Shown here in pieces: positions 34,613 through 49,303 of a stretch of DNA of 64,000 nucleotides; the first letter of the stretch is position 1; each line of letters begins with the position of its first letter. Below the pieces are notes generated by a model. The model did not search any database, was not told where the DNA came from, and was given only the letters and a program-made list of their open reading frames with translations. The position numbers and the translations under genes were made by a program. The DNA comes from Octopus vulgaris (lineage: Eukaryota): the NCBI GenBank assembly GCA_951406725.2, contig OX597838.1, positions 42,656,001 through 42,720,000 on the forward strand, in the 5' to 3' direction.

Positions 34613-37600
34613 ACTGTCAAGAGAAAGTAACTTGTGAATAAAACCAATGGATAAAGGCCCTTGATAATAAACTTAATGACTTGATGTCAGTTTCATCAGG
34701 GGTACAAAGGGTTCACTATACTAAAAAGATCCAATTCAATAAAAAAAAAAAAAGAGCAGGGTGGAAAAGATAAAGGAAAGAAAGCAGACATTTGAAAATT
34801 CTATATTCATGAACAACTCATTCATGGTGGCCACGTCCAGTTGCATAATATAAACTTATCTGTGTCTTTACATTTAGTGAACTTAACATTTAAATATCTC
34901 TCTCTGATCCCAGTAAACTTTTTTCCAGTCTCATTCTTTCCCCTGAATATATTTTGCAATAATCTCCAAAAGACTGCCATCTTGATACTGTAGTTTGAAG
35001 CATTTTATTCATTTAAAGATCAGATGATGTAACTTAAGAAGCTTGAAGCACTGAGTTATGCAAATGATTGAGACTGTTGATTGAACCTTTCCCTCATAAA
35101 TCATGACCTTTGTCTGGTCCATTCAATGCATTTGTAATGATGTCTTAACATAAGCAGGCTTATAAGATATGATTTGCTTCATAAAAGCAATGCAACTAAA
35201 ACTCATTTTGACATTATGTCTATTAAATAGTTTTCTATATCTAAGGTTGGAATTATGCCAAAATTAACCTCATTGATTCAACAATGTAGTTTAGGGTTAG
35301 GGTTAGAATCCCAGCTCCTTCTACGACCTATCTTATCAGGGGGAATTCAGACTTTGGTAGTGCAACACCAAACAGATGGCTATGATATGCAAAGCCTTTC
35401 AGCTGGTTGTTTGTCAACCAATCAACCCGCTTACTAACAGGTCTTCAATTTCTTTAATGTCAAAGACAAAAAGAAGGAACAGTAATTAATGGATTCCAGT
35501 GAAAGTGAAAATGGTAATCTGTGAGGGATGGAATGGGAGAGGACATAGTTAACAATTAGGAGGGTGGCAAAACTGAATGGATCAGTTCAGAAGATAAAGG
35601 GAAAAGTTGTTGAGACTTCGTTACTGATGTTGCTTCAGATTTGAAAAACCTGGAATTTATAGTTATATCCTCAAACCAAACATTTGATCTGTGTTGTAGC
35701 ATGGCATTATGGGATAGGTGCCAGATTGGTTGACCATATTTTCTGGTAACAAGTCAAATTTTTCAAGTAAGTCAACTTATGAACTAAGGCAACTTTGGAG
35801 GACCAAAAACTCAATGTGGACTGCAGCAAAATTTGGAAAGATAGTGACGATGTTTGACTGCATGCACAGGCTTACAGCATAATCTACAATGACTTGTATG
35901 CCAGAAAATACAGGATGTTAGAGTAGGGCATTATGGGATGCAAACAGGATTGGTCTGTGTTGTGGCATTGCATTATGGGATACATGCTAGGTTGTTGTGG
36001 TGTAGAATGAAACATCGCCTGAACAAAGTAGTCAAGCAATGCAGCAGTAAGCCAGTGAGCTGAGAACCAAAAATGAGAGAGAGAGAGAGAATGGCATTGT
36101 TGCCAGTCTTTGTGTGTGAGTAAAAGCAAAAGAGGACACAAACACAAAAAAGTATATTTGTTTTCTTTTAATATACATACATAAACATGTAAATATTTAT
36201 ATATACATAAACATGTATGAAGGTGTGTGTGACTGTGTGTGTATATATATATATACACACACAGATGTATACATACATATACATGCACATATACACACAT
36301 ACATACAAAAGTCCACTTCATTGCTGTCATCATTGGGTTTTACTTCTATTTTTCCACACTAGCATGGGTCAGATGAGTTAGCAATGAGTAGCTGAAATCA
36401 CTTCCAAATGAATAATTGAAACAAGATTACAGTGTTTCACAGAGGTAGAGAGCAAGGGGGAAAAAACCCAAAAAAACTTAAGATGAAGCAGTCAGTGGAA
36501 GGGGGTAATAGACCGGAAAATATTTGGTCTCATGGAAGAAATGATTACAAGACAGAGATATCTGGAAGATTACAAGACAGAGATTGCTGCATGACGAACC
36601 TGTTGAATTTATACCAGCAATGAAGGATAGGGGGAAAAAAAAAGCATGGAAATTGATGAACATGGATATTTATATATATATACACACGCATACAGATATA
36701 TATATGTTTGTATGGTATAAATGTGCATGTGTGTGTATATATATATACACACACACATATACATACATGTATAAACATGCATATATACGTGTTTGTGTGT
36801 GTGCGTATGCATATATACATACATATTTTTATGTGTACATATGCATATATATATCTATACACACACACATTCATCTACCCACACACTGGTATCACTTAAT
36901 TTAAAGACAAGAGTATTACTGATGATTAAGCTTTAATTATTTCCATTAATTATTTTATCACAATTTAACCTCTATATGAACACAAAATATCTTTACTCTT
37001 TTAAATAATGTAAATTTAAACAAGAAAAATTTGAATTTGCTAAATGCAATTATCGGCAGTATCAATAACGCCACAAAAATGAACATCACTGAATTTAACA
37101 TATTTCCCTCTCACCACAAAATAGAAAACATGAATTAAAAAACAACTATATAACCCCCCCCCCCTACGGCACTTAGAATATTTGGTCAGTTACCTACAAA
37201 AGGAAACAGAATCTTGTCCCAAAGGTATTGAATTTTTGTGTTTGAAGACATCACTTGGAGTATCTTCTTCATTATTTTTGCCAAAGAATTCATTAAACAT
37301 CTTGGATTTCCTTTGTTGAATATTCTTGTTGAACCATTTCTATAATTTCTTTTCATCAGATTTAAAACCAGAATTTGTGCTTGTCACGGCAACATTTGGA
37401 TTTTCTTGGTTTTTTTTGGTGAAATCCTTGATATTTTTTTTCTTCTTGGAGTTTACCATCATACTGGACAAAAACCTATCACTCACCAGATGATTTTTGG
37501 TTTATGGAAGACTAATTTTCTCCTGCATTTCCAAACTATAATGTTCAATGGAAGAGACCCTTCCTCAGATAAGTAACACAAGATGTTGCCATATTGTCAG

Positions 37601-39469
37601 ATCTGTGCAGTCTGAGTCAAAATCTTCTCCTTAATCACACTGAACCAACACCTGGGGTATTACTCAAGGAATTAAATTTGGATTCCTCCAACCAGTCAGA
37701 GATATCCATTCTTTAAGTTCCTTAAACTGTACACACATTGGTCTGCAAGAGAAATGTACAATTGTTTTCTATGTGCAGCTTATTCCACAGGACCCAAACC
37801 ATTTCAGACAATTTTCAAAGGCAATTGGCACCAATCTGTATGGAGTGTTTCTATCAACCATAACAGCAACCGTGATTCTGTTCTCCATCAACAAATGGTG
37901 AGTGTATTCACTCATCCTTCCAGCAGCTTTACACAGTTAGCCTGGAACACAGCAGTTGGAATGACTCCTGGTTCCATACAAGTCCACAGCTTGGTCAACT
38001 GCAGGTTCTGAGCCGGGATTTCAACTAATCCAGTCAGACCCTTTTTAGCCAGGTCCCTGATGTAGAAGTAACCACAACAGACACATTCAAACAGTAAATA
38101 ATAATTAGGCTTAGAGTAAATATATTGAATATTAAAATAAAATACCATATCATATTTTCTCAAAATGTTCTTAAAGTGACGTTTGCTGAGGTGTCTCTAT
38201 TAGTTCTGTCAACAGCTGTATTTGGCTGATTAAATCTGTTTCAAATTTCATAATTGAGGTAAAAAAAAAAAAAAAACCGAACAAAAAACCCAATATTTTT
38301 TGTCAAATACAGTTGAAATTGTGATTGAAAAAAATATTTTATAATCATCATCAAATCTTTCAAATGAAGAAATACCACTGAATATACATATAGCAATGCG
38401 TATACGTGTGTGTGTATGCATGTGTGGATGCATATATATGTGTGTGTGTACATATGTAAGAATATATATATACACACACATATATACATGATGAAAGATG
38501 AATTGTTTATAATCAGATAAACCAAACAAAATTAAAATACTTTTATACATATTTGGGTACCCCACTATTTTTTTTTTTTTTACATCATAAGGTACCCTTT
38601 GAATTATTTTTCTCCCTGCCAAATCAAATCAAATGACATACAATGGGGGTAACAATGGTAGAATATTATTATTATTATTTTACAATCTTGCTTTTTTTTT
38701 TTTCCATTTTTTATTTCAATGTAGTCACTTCCTTACCGATGTTTCCAAGAATGGTAAAAAGAAGTCTACAAACAACAACAGATTCTTCTTTTGACTCGGC
38801 ATCATTAAAAGACAAATCTTGTAAAAGAGCAGTGCAGAGTCAATTGAATTGTCTCCCTTGCTGAGGTTTGGAATTCAGAAAGTAGGGTGGGGGTGGCTTG
38901 TAATAATAATAATAATCATACAGATTTAAGGAATGGAAATGTTTCCATGCAGAATGGGGAAGAATCTAACAAGAGAGTCCAATAACTGTATTAAAGCCAA
39001 ATGCCAATTCTAAGAATAATAATGGTTTCAAATTTTGGCATAAGGCCAGTAATTAATGGGAGTGAGGGGGGGGAGTTGATTACACTGACCCCAGTACTTG
39101 GTTCATACTTTATTTTATCGACCCCCCCCCCAAAAGGATGAAAGGCAAAGTTGACCTCGGCGGAATTTGAACAGAATGTAAAGTCGGATGAAATACCACT
39201 CAGCATTTTGTCCGGAATGCTAAGTTCTGCCAACTCACTGCCGAACGATAATGATAATAATAATAACAATGATAATCCTTTCCACTATAGGCACAAGGCC
39301 AGCAATTTTAAGAGGAGGAGAAAACTGATAACATCAAATCCAGTTCTCAGCTGGGATTTATTTTATATTGACCCTAAAAAAACGAAAAGCATCGTCATAG
39401 TAGTAGTAGTAGAAGTAATAGTGGGTGCCTTGAGGGGAGTAAAGAATGAAAACAAAAGTTGAAAAGCAA

Positions 39470-39853
39470 AATTTGGAACTGAGATACGTACAGAACTTCT
39501 TCAGAAGAAGATGCCACAATAAAGGAACAGCTCAGCTTCTGAGGAAGGTTCTAGAAATAGAAGAGAAGAGGATCTGAAAACTCTTAGCCACTTATTATGA
39601 CTCAGTCTCTCAAATAATCAGCAAAAAATTGGTCTGGTTCCTGCGAGAAATGGTTGCACTTGGTCCAATACCAAAACTGCTGTCTAACAAGCTGAAAGAT
39701 ATTTAGAATTGAGACTCACACTGCCAACCTGCTAAAAAGAGCCTTCCTGCATTCTCCAAGAATCCTCCGAAAGATTCTTGAGATTCAAGGAGACTTGTCA
39801 CCAAACTTAAGACAAGATCCCTAATAACTAAAGTTTTAATAATAATAATAATC
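39470..39853 (+). mobile_element. Probable 3' end of an R4/Dong-like non-LTR element
   Basis: LLKRAFLHSPRILRKILEIQGDL resembles the RILRxVL terminal motif of such ORFs, followed by a (TAA)n tail. Confidence 0.45.
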
Positions 39854-40519
39854 CTTTCTACAAAAGATACAAGGCCTGAAATTTTGGGGAGAGGGGACCA
39901 GGCAATTACCTTGACCCCAGTGTTTCACTGGTACCTACTTAATCGACCCAGAAAGAATGGCAGAATTTGAACTCAGAACGTGAGGACGGACGAAATGGCG
40001 CAAAATATTTTGCCTGGTCTGCCAGATCACCACCTTTCAAATTTTGACACAAGGCCAGCAATTTAGGGGGAGGGGTGGCTAGTTGATTACATCAACCCCA
40101 GTGTTCAATGGAAGGGATAAAGCCTTAAATCTGAGGGTAGAGGGAGAAGGGGTTATTCAATTACATCAACCCCAGCACTGGGCTGTACTTTATTTTATCA
40201 ACCCCAGAAAGATGAATGGCACAGTTGACCTTCACAGGATTTGAACTCAGAATGTAGAGTCAGAAGAAATACCACAAGGCATTTTGCCTGACTCACTGCC
40301 AATTTACTGCCCCCATAATAATAATAATAATAATAATAATTTTTCCCATTGGCATGGCTACAAATTTATTTAGGTGGTGATAGTGTAAATCAGTTGTAGG
40401 AAAGTCAATACATGACAAGTATTGATTGGGTGTGAGTGTGCACATGTATTATATATTATATATCTATGTATATTGTTGAGCTGAACTCTGCCTTTCATTC
40501 CTCCTGTATATGTGTACAT

Positions 40520-40553
<34 letters not shown>

Positions 40554-41117
40554 GTGTGTGTGTGTGTGTGTATAAACACAGACACACACACACACATGCA
40601 AAAGAAGACTGAAAGTTAACCTCAACAACATTTGAAGGGCAAAAACCTGATTGAAGCAAAGCAGAAACCCTTTCCCTAACAATTCTCCTGATTCTTGTCT
40701 AAAAATCTTTAATCATTGACACAAAACAAAACCATTTTCAAGAGGGGAGGACTTCTAATATCACATACATCAGTTGGGGAACCTTTTTTTTTTTGTCGAT
40801 GGCTTAGTACGGAGTAGGGTGGGGGTGGGGGGTCAAAGCAGAATGGCAATGTAGGACTTCCAAAACTTGCAGGGAAAAGGAAAGCCACAACCCCTCAGGT
40901 ACAGTTCATCCAAAGGGATTCCATCTCTCCAGCTTCACTCACAAAGTAGAAGACATTTGTCCACTTCATTGTCATGCCTGTATCTACATTGAAAGAATGG
41001 GTTCCCTGGGAGGATTTCAAACAACCTTATGTCTCACACATTCTGGGTGAACAGGTTACCTATTATATTGCAAAGTATCTCAGAACAAACCCAATTTCTT
41101 CTTTTATAATATATATA

Positions 41118-41472
41118 TCTTTATATATAAAAGAGAGGTTGTGTGCTGTCTGTCTCCTACGATTTAGATTCCTAACTACTCCCACATTTTGTGGTGCAGT
41201 TTAACCTTCTGGGTATTAGCGCGCGTCTACGATTAGTCTATGATTTAAAAAAAATTTACCATCAATTTTTCCCATTTTTAATGCATTTTTGGCATATATA
41301 AGGGAAGTAACTCTCTAAAAATTTATTATTAAATCTCAGAACGTAAAAAGCTACAGTAACACCCCCCCTTGTGGTTAGCCATATTGAGATGGCTGTTATA
41401 CTTTACATCTCTAAAAATGCTTATATAGTTATTTCCCTTACAAACCTGAGCAACGCCGGGCGATACTGCTAG
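41118..41472 (+). mobile_element. Non-autonomous Helitron
   Basis: 5' TC start, 3' CTAG end, subterminal GC hairpin CCTGAGCAACGCCGGG, inserted between A and T in a TA tract, no TSD. Confidence 0.8.
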
Positions 41473-41848
41473 TATATATATATATATAAAGAAACATGTT
41501 AGTCCCTATCTGCATTGGTTAGCAATTCCCTCATTACAAATTGAAGAAAACTTTAACGGACCAATTTAAGAATTCCTTTCTTCATTTCAGACAAAAGATT
41601 TTCCCAAGTCAAATGGCCGTAGCCAATGTTTCTCAGTTTTAAAAATTATTCCAGAGACATTTCCATTTCAACATCTGATTTTTTTTCAATAATTGAAATT
41701 ATATAATGAATACAATGAATGTCACCCTGTTCTTCGATCTTCCACCCCACCCCACCCTCCACAATCTCAGAGGATCAACAAAGATTTAAGGATTGGAAAC
41801 AATTCTAACTTTAAACTGAAGAATTATTCAATATTTTTCAGTAGAAGA

Positions 41849-42010
41849 CATGTTCCTCGATTTTTACAAGTAAAAAGTTGACAGTGACTTCAAAGTTCTC
41901 GCTTCCCAACGGCCATTAAACTGATGATGGCTGGCAAGCCCAAACTTCAAAGTCACTATCAATCTTTTTCCAAGTAAAAATTAACACACAAATAACAAGA
42001 TCGAGGTATG
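41849..42010. repeat. Imperfect ~160-bp palindrome containing a degenerate hammerhead core
   Basis: AAAAAGTTGACAGTGACTTCAAAGTT mirrors AACTTCAAAGTCACTATCAATCTTTTT. CTGATGA at 41921. Confidence 0.7.
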
Positions 42011-42804
42011 AGAGTTGCAACTTTCATGGAATCAGCAAAATAGGTGAAATAACAAGTTGCACACCCGATAGTAAACTTTTATTGCCAGACATTTATGCAG
42101 TCACACACACACACACAGCAAGGTGAACTTAGCCAGGATGAATCTAAAATATCCCAGCCACAGAAATAGGGTCCTATTAGGGTTATTTAGATTTTAGGGA
42201 AAAGGGAAATGAGTTTTGTGATGAAAATCATTCATTTCCAATGTGTTTCAGGGATTTGCTTGAAACGAAAATGGGTCGCAGATTCGACCCCCAGAAACCC
42301 ACCTCTGTTTCATAGTGCTCCCCTAAGTAACATGAAACAAAGTTCAAGACCAAATTTTTACATGAGAGAGAGTCATTCAGTTGATTAGACCGGACCCTGA
42401 TACACTACTGGTACTTATCATTATTGACCCCATGGAGGGACGAAAGATAAAAATCAAACTGTGTGGGATTTGAACTCAGCATTTTTTTTTTGTTTTGTGT
42501 TAATCCTTTATTTGTGATTTCTAACGAAGCCATGTCTTCATAATGAACAGAACTGAGACGCAGAAGGACAAAACGGAATCTGGTAAAGCATTTAGTGTGG
42601 TGCTCTACCTTGTGAAGTAGCATGAGGACCCACGGAGATTACATGAAAGCTGAAGTGTCGTGGGGGGGAGGGGGGATTTGAATAAACCTAGCACATACGG
42701 TGGAAGAAGAAGAAGAAAAGAGGGAAGAGACACTGAAAACAGAGGTGGCGGGGGATTATAATTTTCTAACTTTCAATTACGATAAGAATACATGGACAAG
42801 TAAA

Positions 42805-42848
<44 letters not shown>

Positions 42849-44788
42849 AATAGAGGAGAAAAGTAAGGAAAATGTAAAACGTGAAAATATATAAGTTAGA
42901 ATGAATGCAAAACAACTGCAACAAATAAGTCACTATTGGTGATGGTGGTGTGCTGGGGTAAAACGTGTGATGACAATGAGGTAGGCAGGTGATGGTGGTG
43001 GTGGTGGTAGTGGTATGGTGGTGTAGTAATGCAGCAGTACGGAGGGAGGGGGGCTGGTTGCTGTTCATGAACGGTGACATTGCAACAGTGTTACATTGGT
43101 ATTAATAATAATAATAATAACGATAACAATAATAATAATAAAGTCCACTTCGAAGTGGGATGGGTAGCAGGGTAGTGGGGGTGGGGCAATGGAGACAAGG
43201 GTTAAAAATCCAAAGATCAACAACTTTGCCAAGTGGTCAATGAACCATGTCCAGGAGGTGAGTTGGTCAGTGAGATGGTCACTCAGTCGGTCGGTCAGTT
43301 AATTATTGTTCCTGAGAATCACTTGAACCACGTTCAAGGTTACCTGAGTTGTTGTTAATATTATTACTATTATTTTTATCATTATTATTATTATTAGTAG
43401 TAGTAGTAGTAGTGATAATAGTAATAGTCGTAGTAGTATGAGTAGTATTGCATGTTGGGATGTATTGAAGATGAAAAGGAGTGACCGAGGGACCAAGTTG
43501 GAAGGGTGGCGGGTGGTGATGATGAACAGGAGAGGAAACAGGTGGGATGAGAGAGGGACATGAATGAAAAATGAGAGGAAGGTCTCATTGATGCAGTCAA
43601 GGGTCAGCATCAGAACTGAGTAGGCAGGGGTTGGAGGGGTCGGTTTGAGCAGCAGGAATTCAAGAAACACTACTCTGGTTGCCACTACAAACACTGCACT
43701 AAATATATATATATATATACATACATACACACAGATGCATATATATATATATTACGGAGATGTACTCGCATAGCAAGTGATTTGATCTGAGATCGTGTGC
43801 TGGAACGAAAACAATTGCAGCGTGGAAGGTTTGCGTATATGGATATGGTTATATGTGCACAGTTGCACCTAAACATTGTATCCATTCACAGTTAGAAGGT
43901 GATGAGAGGAACAAACACACACCCACACATATATATATGTGTGTGCATCTCTACAAACATATATGTGAGTATGTATACAACCTTCAACAAAGTAACAGTC
44001 ATGTACACAACTTGGACGGACACATACCAGTACACGGACATACGTTCACATACACATGTACACACTTTCACAGACGCGTCTGCCCATTCTCCTAGACACT
44101 CACATACATACGTAGCACACGAGTACAAACATACATACATACCTACGTATGGGCATACACACGTACATGTACACACACACATACATGGGCACAGGCATAC
44201 GTGCGCGTATACATACATACGCACATGCGTACGTATGTACATACACACATACGTACATACATACATATATAAATTTGACCTGAACTAACTAGATGTAGGG
44301 AGGGGAAAAAAAAAAAAGTAATAGTAAAACAAAAGTTCTGTGATATAGAGATAAATGTCTGATAATGGGTTTTAGGGTTTTGTTTTGGGGGTGAGGGTCG
44401 GAAATCACTTCCTAGTTTCGGCGGGGAGGGGGAGGTTGAAATTTGATATTATTGTGATGAGTGGTCAGTCTACATCTATCCATCACTACAGGTTTATAAC
44501 TTTATGTTTATAGTGTGTGTGCGTGCATATACACACACAGGCATATGTACGTACATACACACATACACGCATACATGCGTGTATACATACATACGCATAT
44601 ACGTACATACATATATATAACGAACTAACTGTTACTTTCTCAGATGCAGCACGGATTTTTGTCAGTGAAGAGGTCGCGGATTTTAGCGCCGAAAATATTT
44701 TGACAAATTAAACTTAAATGTTGAAGTGAATCGAACGGCTTTTGTGTGTTTCTTAAATGGCTTATAAACATCTTCCACGCTGCAATTG

Positions 44789-44825
<37 letters not shown>

Positions 44826-45412
44826 TAGATAGACACACAGATAGATATAAGGAAGTGGCTAGAGTAAATGTGTGGGGGGGTGTTTTGACATAAGAATTGT
44901 GACATAGCAGCAGCAGCAATGATTGGAGGTGGGGGTAGGGCAGAAAAGAAAATTAGCAACATCTGAAATTGGTGGAGAGAGGTGGGGGGTGTCAATACAG
45001 AAATAATTGGATAAAGTGGTGGTGGTGGTGGGAGCAGGGGTACAATCTTATCCAGTCAGAGGCCATACAAGCCTTTCTACAATAAGCACAAGGTCTGAAA
45101 TTTGAGGGGAGGGGCATGTCGATTACTTCAACTCTGAAAGAATAAAAGGCAAAGCCAGTCTCAGTGAGATTTGAACTCAGAATGTAAAGCGAGAGGAAAT
45201 GCTGCCAAGAATTATGGTCTGGCACAGTAACAATTCTGCCAGCTCACTGCCTTATTAATAATAATAATAATCCTTTCTAATATAGGCAGAAGGGGCCTGA
45301 AATTTCAGGGGGATGGGGGGGGGAAGTAAGTTATATCAATTCCAGTGCTCAGCTTGTACTTATTTTACTAACCCTGGAAGGCAAAGTTGACCTCGGCTGA
45401 ATTTGAACTCAG

Positions 45413-45606
45413 CGGTGGCACGTAAAAAGCACCCCCTACACTCTCAGAGTGGTTGGCGTTAGGAAGGGCATCCAGCTGTAGAAACTCTGCCAGATCAAGA
45501 TTGGAGCCTGATGCAGCCATCTGGCTCACCAGCCCTCAGTCAAAATCGTCCAACCCATGCCAGCATGGAAAGCGGACGTTAAACGATGATGATGATGATG
45601 ATGATG
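45413..45606 (+). mobile_element. Short RTE-type 3' tail inserted inside a minus-strand Meta-type SINE (45268-45675)
   Basis: Host SINE motif GAACTCAG^AATGTA is split by the insert, which ends in (GAT)n. Confidence 0.8.
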
Positions 45607-47204
45607 AATGTAGCAATGGACAAAATGCTGGTAAGCATTTCTCTTGCAAACAATTCTGCCAGCCGACCACCTTACCTTCTAAATATTGATTTCTTTAGAG
45701 TATGCACCCTGTAAGGAATTGATATCAATATATTACTGGTATCTGTTGGTCACTCACAGAGAAGAGAGAAGGAGATTAAAATTAATGGTGGATTTGGTGG
45801 AGTTTCATTTCAAATGTTTTTGTTTTTGTCCACAATGATCCTGGGAAGAGACAGAACAAAATAATACCAATTATTTCCAGAGAAAATTAAATAAACTCCA
45901 GCCTCACCCACCAATTTGAATTCCAAACATGCAGTGAGATGATTATTAAAAGTGGTAAAGCATTTCATGCGTCAAATTGTTGTTTCGGTTGCTCCACCGC
46001 TTCTCTCAGAACCCGTTTCTTAATATGTCTCAAGTGAAATACGCTGCCTTTGTTTCAATTAACTTTGAAAATAACGAAGAATTTAGTAAAATTCTTTGTA
46101 TTTATTAGGCTGGGGGTCTTGGAACATAGATTAGCATGAAATTTTGACGGGAGGGTTTAGTTTAGATCTCTTAAACATTTTGTTACCAAATTTACGCTGA
46201 AACCCATTGATTCTTTTCAATTAATTTTTGAAATAATGAAGAATTTAGTAAAATAAATTAAACATGAAATTTTGATGGAAGGTTTTACTTTAGACCACTT
46301 TAAAACCAAAGTTTGTATCATAGAACCAGGCACAGTTGCAAGGGGGTTGGAAATCAAACAGGTTTTGAAGGGACAAGGACAGGAGAAGATGCGTCACAAT
46401 ATTCTAGTTTTGTTGCTTTACATTTGAAGTTCAAATTGGGCAGAGTTTGCCTTTTGTTCTTCAGGGATTGGTAAAATAAATTCCCAGACAAATACTGGGG
46501 TTGATTTTAAATGACTGGACTTAGTGAAGGGTTTGTCCTGATTTTAGAAATCAATATTAGAAAACAGAAGATAAATTTAATGAGGAATTTGTCTGAGTGG
46601 GGAGAGGGAGGGAGGGAGGGAGAGAGAGAGAGTGGGGAGAGAGAGGGAGAGGTATTAGATCATTTAAACAGGCTTAATTGTAATTTTGTTTCAAAAAAAC
46701 TTATTTTGAAAACATTTTCAAACATTTATCAATAAAATGCATGCAATTTAAAAATTATAAAATAGATATTTTTTTTTCTTTTTAATGGAAAAATTGTTGG
46801 ATGTTTCAAATTAGTAAAGACAGAAATTTAAGTTCTATAGTTTTGATACTGATCAACCCTGATCCAGTTGTGACCATCTCATCTATTTGTGCATCAAGAA
46901 CTACATTGTCCAATATGCTTGTCACTTTTTTTTAAGACAGTAGGATGTGATTTTGTTGCTATTTCTAGCATGTCTGGAGAATGCATAGCAACACCCTTGG
47001 GTGTCAAACACCAGGAAATGTCTGACTGAATTTGGAATATCCATTTTTAATTAATTTTCAAATTCGATTCAAGATAGCCTTTAAACATAGCGAGATATAG
47101 TTATAGAATTAGGTCAACCTCCACAGAATGGAGGGGAAGAGGTGGGGGTGAAATATTGTGAAGCAAGGGGTCAACAGTTTAATGTTTTTTAGCCACTTCA
47201 CACC

Positions 47205-47235
<31 letters not shown>

Positions 47236-47560
47236 CGATTTCTTAATTCTAATTTTCCCCCCCCCAAATAAGATTAACGACATAGAAACCACTTTTAGTA
47301 GGGATGTCTCTGGGACATACACAAAGGGGCAGAAATAAGGGGGGAAGGGTGTGTTTGATGATCTAGAATTCAATTGGTTTATTTATTTTGACACCCAACC
47401 CCAGAAGAATCAATGGTACATTTGATCTCACACAATTTGAACTGAGAACACAGGCTTAAATACTGCAAGACATCCATCCAGCTCTTCACTCAGATAACAA
47501 AAATAGTCATTACTACTATTATAAATAATTCTCTGTCATATAAACCATAATAATAATAAC

Positions 47561-47591
<31 letters not shown>

Positions 47592-48176
47592 GTAATAATT
47601 CCCTCCATCAGAATTTTTTTTTTTCGTTATGAAAACAAAAGAAATAAAAACCCAAAATGAAAGAGAACCTCTAAGCTTATTCCTTAATTATTCAGCTCTG
47701 CATTTTGTTTAGTGTCCAAAACTTAAGGTCTGCCTCATTAATAACAACGAGCAATGCCATTATTTATTGTATTGTGGAGATGAGAAGAGTTCTGCTTCTT
47801 TGTCAATATATTTGCAGTTTTGTTTTGCTTTTTTTTTTTATAAAATTTGTATTTTTATTATCAAACTAAGTGCTGTATTATTAATATTATTATTATTACT
47901 AAGTTTTTCTTTGATAGTTCCACATGAGATTCTGCTGCATTACCTCGTGTGCCTCCATGTGTGTGCCATTGGGTTCGTACTTTTGTGGCGTCTGGAACAG
48001 TCAAGACTCCTCTTGTTGGTTTGCTGCATCAGTTTGTTTTGTTTTGGAGGTTAAGGTTCTTGGTTCGTTAGTGTTTGTTCTGGTCTGTGTGTGTGTGTGT
48101 AATGTCAGGTGCGTTACCTTAACGAGTCTTCATCTTGCATACTATATGTCGCATGAGCTTCTGCTGTTTTAGATTA

Positions 48177-48404
48177 TTAACTCGTTAGCATTCAAATTAA
48201 TTTATCAAATGTAATGTTTATTTATCTACATTTCTAAAAATTAATCCTGGATTATCTCATAGCCTTGAGATTTTTATGATGTGATTGTTTATTTTTAGAA
48301 TGACATTGTAGAGTAGGTGTGAGAGGCAGGATCTGGTCAGTTTCAACATAAAACTTGTAGAAATTATGGGTCAGATGTGGCTGGTTTCAATGCTACAAGG
48401 CTAA
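48177..48404. mobile_element. piggyBac-like MITE
   Basis: TTAA-CTCGTTAGCATT ... AATGCTACAAGG-CTAA ends, colinear with the 61139-61770 copy. Confidence 0.6.
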
Positions 48405-49303
48405 ATGCTTGTTGTGCCGGGTGTGTGTTGTGTGTGAAGATTGTTCTGTTTGGGTTAGTCTACTGAATAGACCAGGGTCTTGTACAAGATGTGGACTGTT
48501 CCTAGCAAAGCTATTTTGGGGTGCAGTGTATAATGTTGTGAGCCCTGCTATGGTTCACATGTTTCTTATCATCATCACCATTATTACTATTATTACTATT
48601 ATTATTATTATCAGTAGTAGTAGTATATTTAAAGGAATCGTGGCCCTTGTGGCCAATAAACAAAGAATTATTTATGTTGTTGTTATTGTGATGTCAGAAA
48701 CTTTTCTCCTCCTCCTCCTCATCATCATCATCATTTATATCACCATGGTATTTTTTTTTTTACCAGAATGCTCCACAGCAGTTAGAGATTTACTGATATT
48801 GCTAAACCTTCCAAACTTCCTCTCTATATTAAGATTAATTTACTTCAAAAGGTGTGAGATACCTGTTGATGGAGATGGACAACTAAAACTTTAAAAAAAA
48901 AAAAATTTTTCTTAAAACATAAAAAGAAAAATGAAAAGAAAAAAAAAACCAATGGAATGTTGTTTGTTTGTTTGAAACCATAATGCACCCCCACCCACAT
49001 TTTGCTTAAGTTTCTTCAAAAACCATTTATAATTTTAGGGAAAATAATTACTGACCAAATGTGTGTGTGGGTGTGTGTGATAAACTTGAGAGATTTAGAC
49101 AAGATTACAGACCACACACATGCATACACACACACACAAATAAAATAAAAGAAATACAAAATAAAAATAAACAAAAGCTACAATAAATTTGTCCATATTG
49201 TTTCTGTGAGTTATCATTTAAAATAGTTTAAGTTCTTCACATGTACCAATTTACAGAAATTTCCAGAGAGAGACAGAGAGAGAGGGAAAGAGAGAAAGAA
49301 GGT

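Noticed and set aside
35291-35306. Interstitial telomeric repeat TTAGGGTTAGGGTTAG
   Set aside because: Under three units, too short to interpret.
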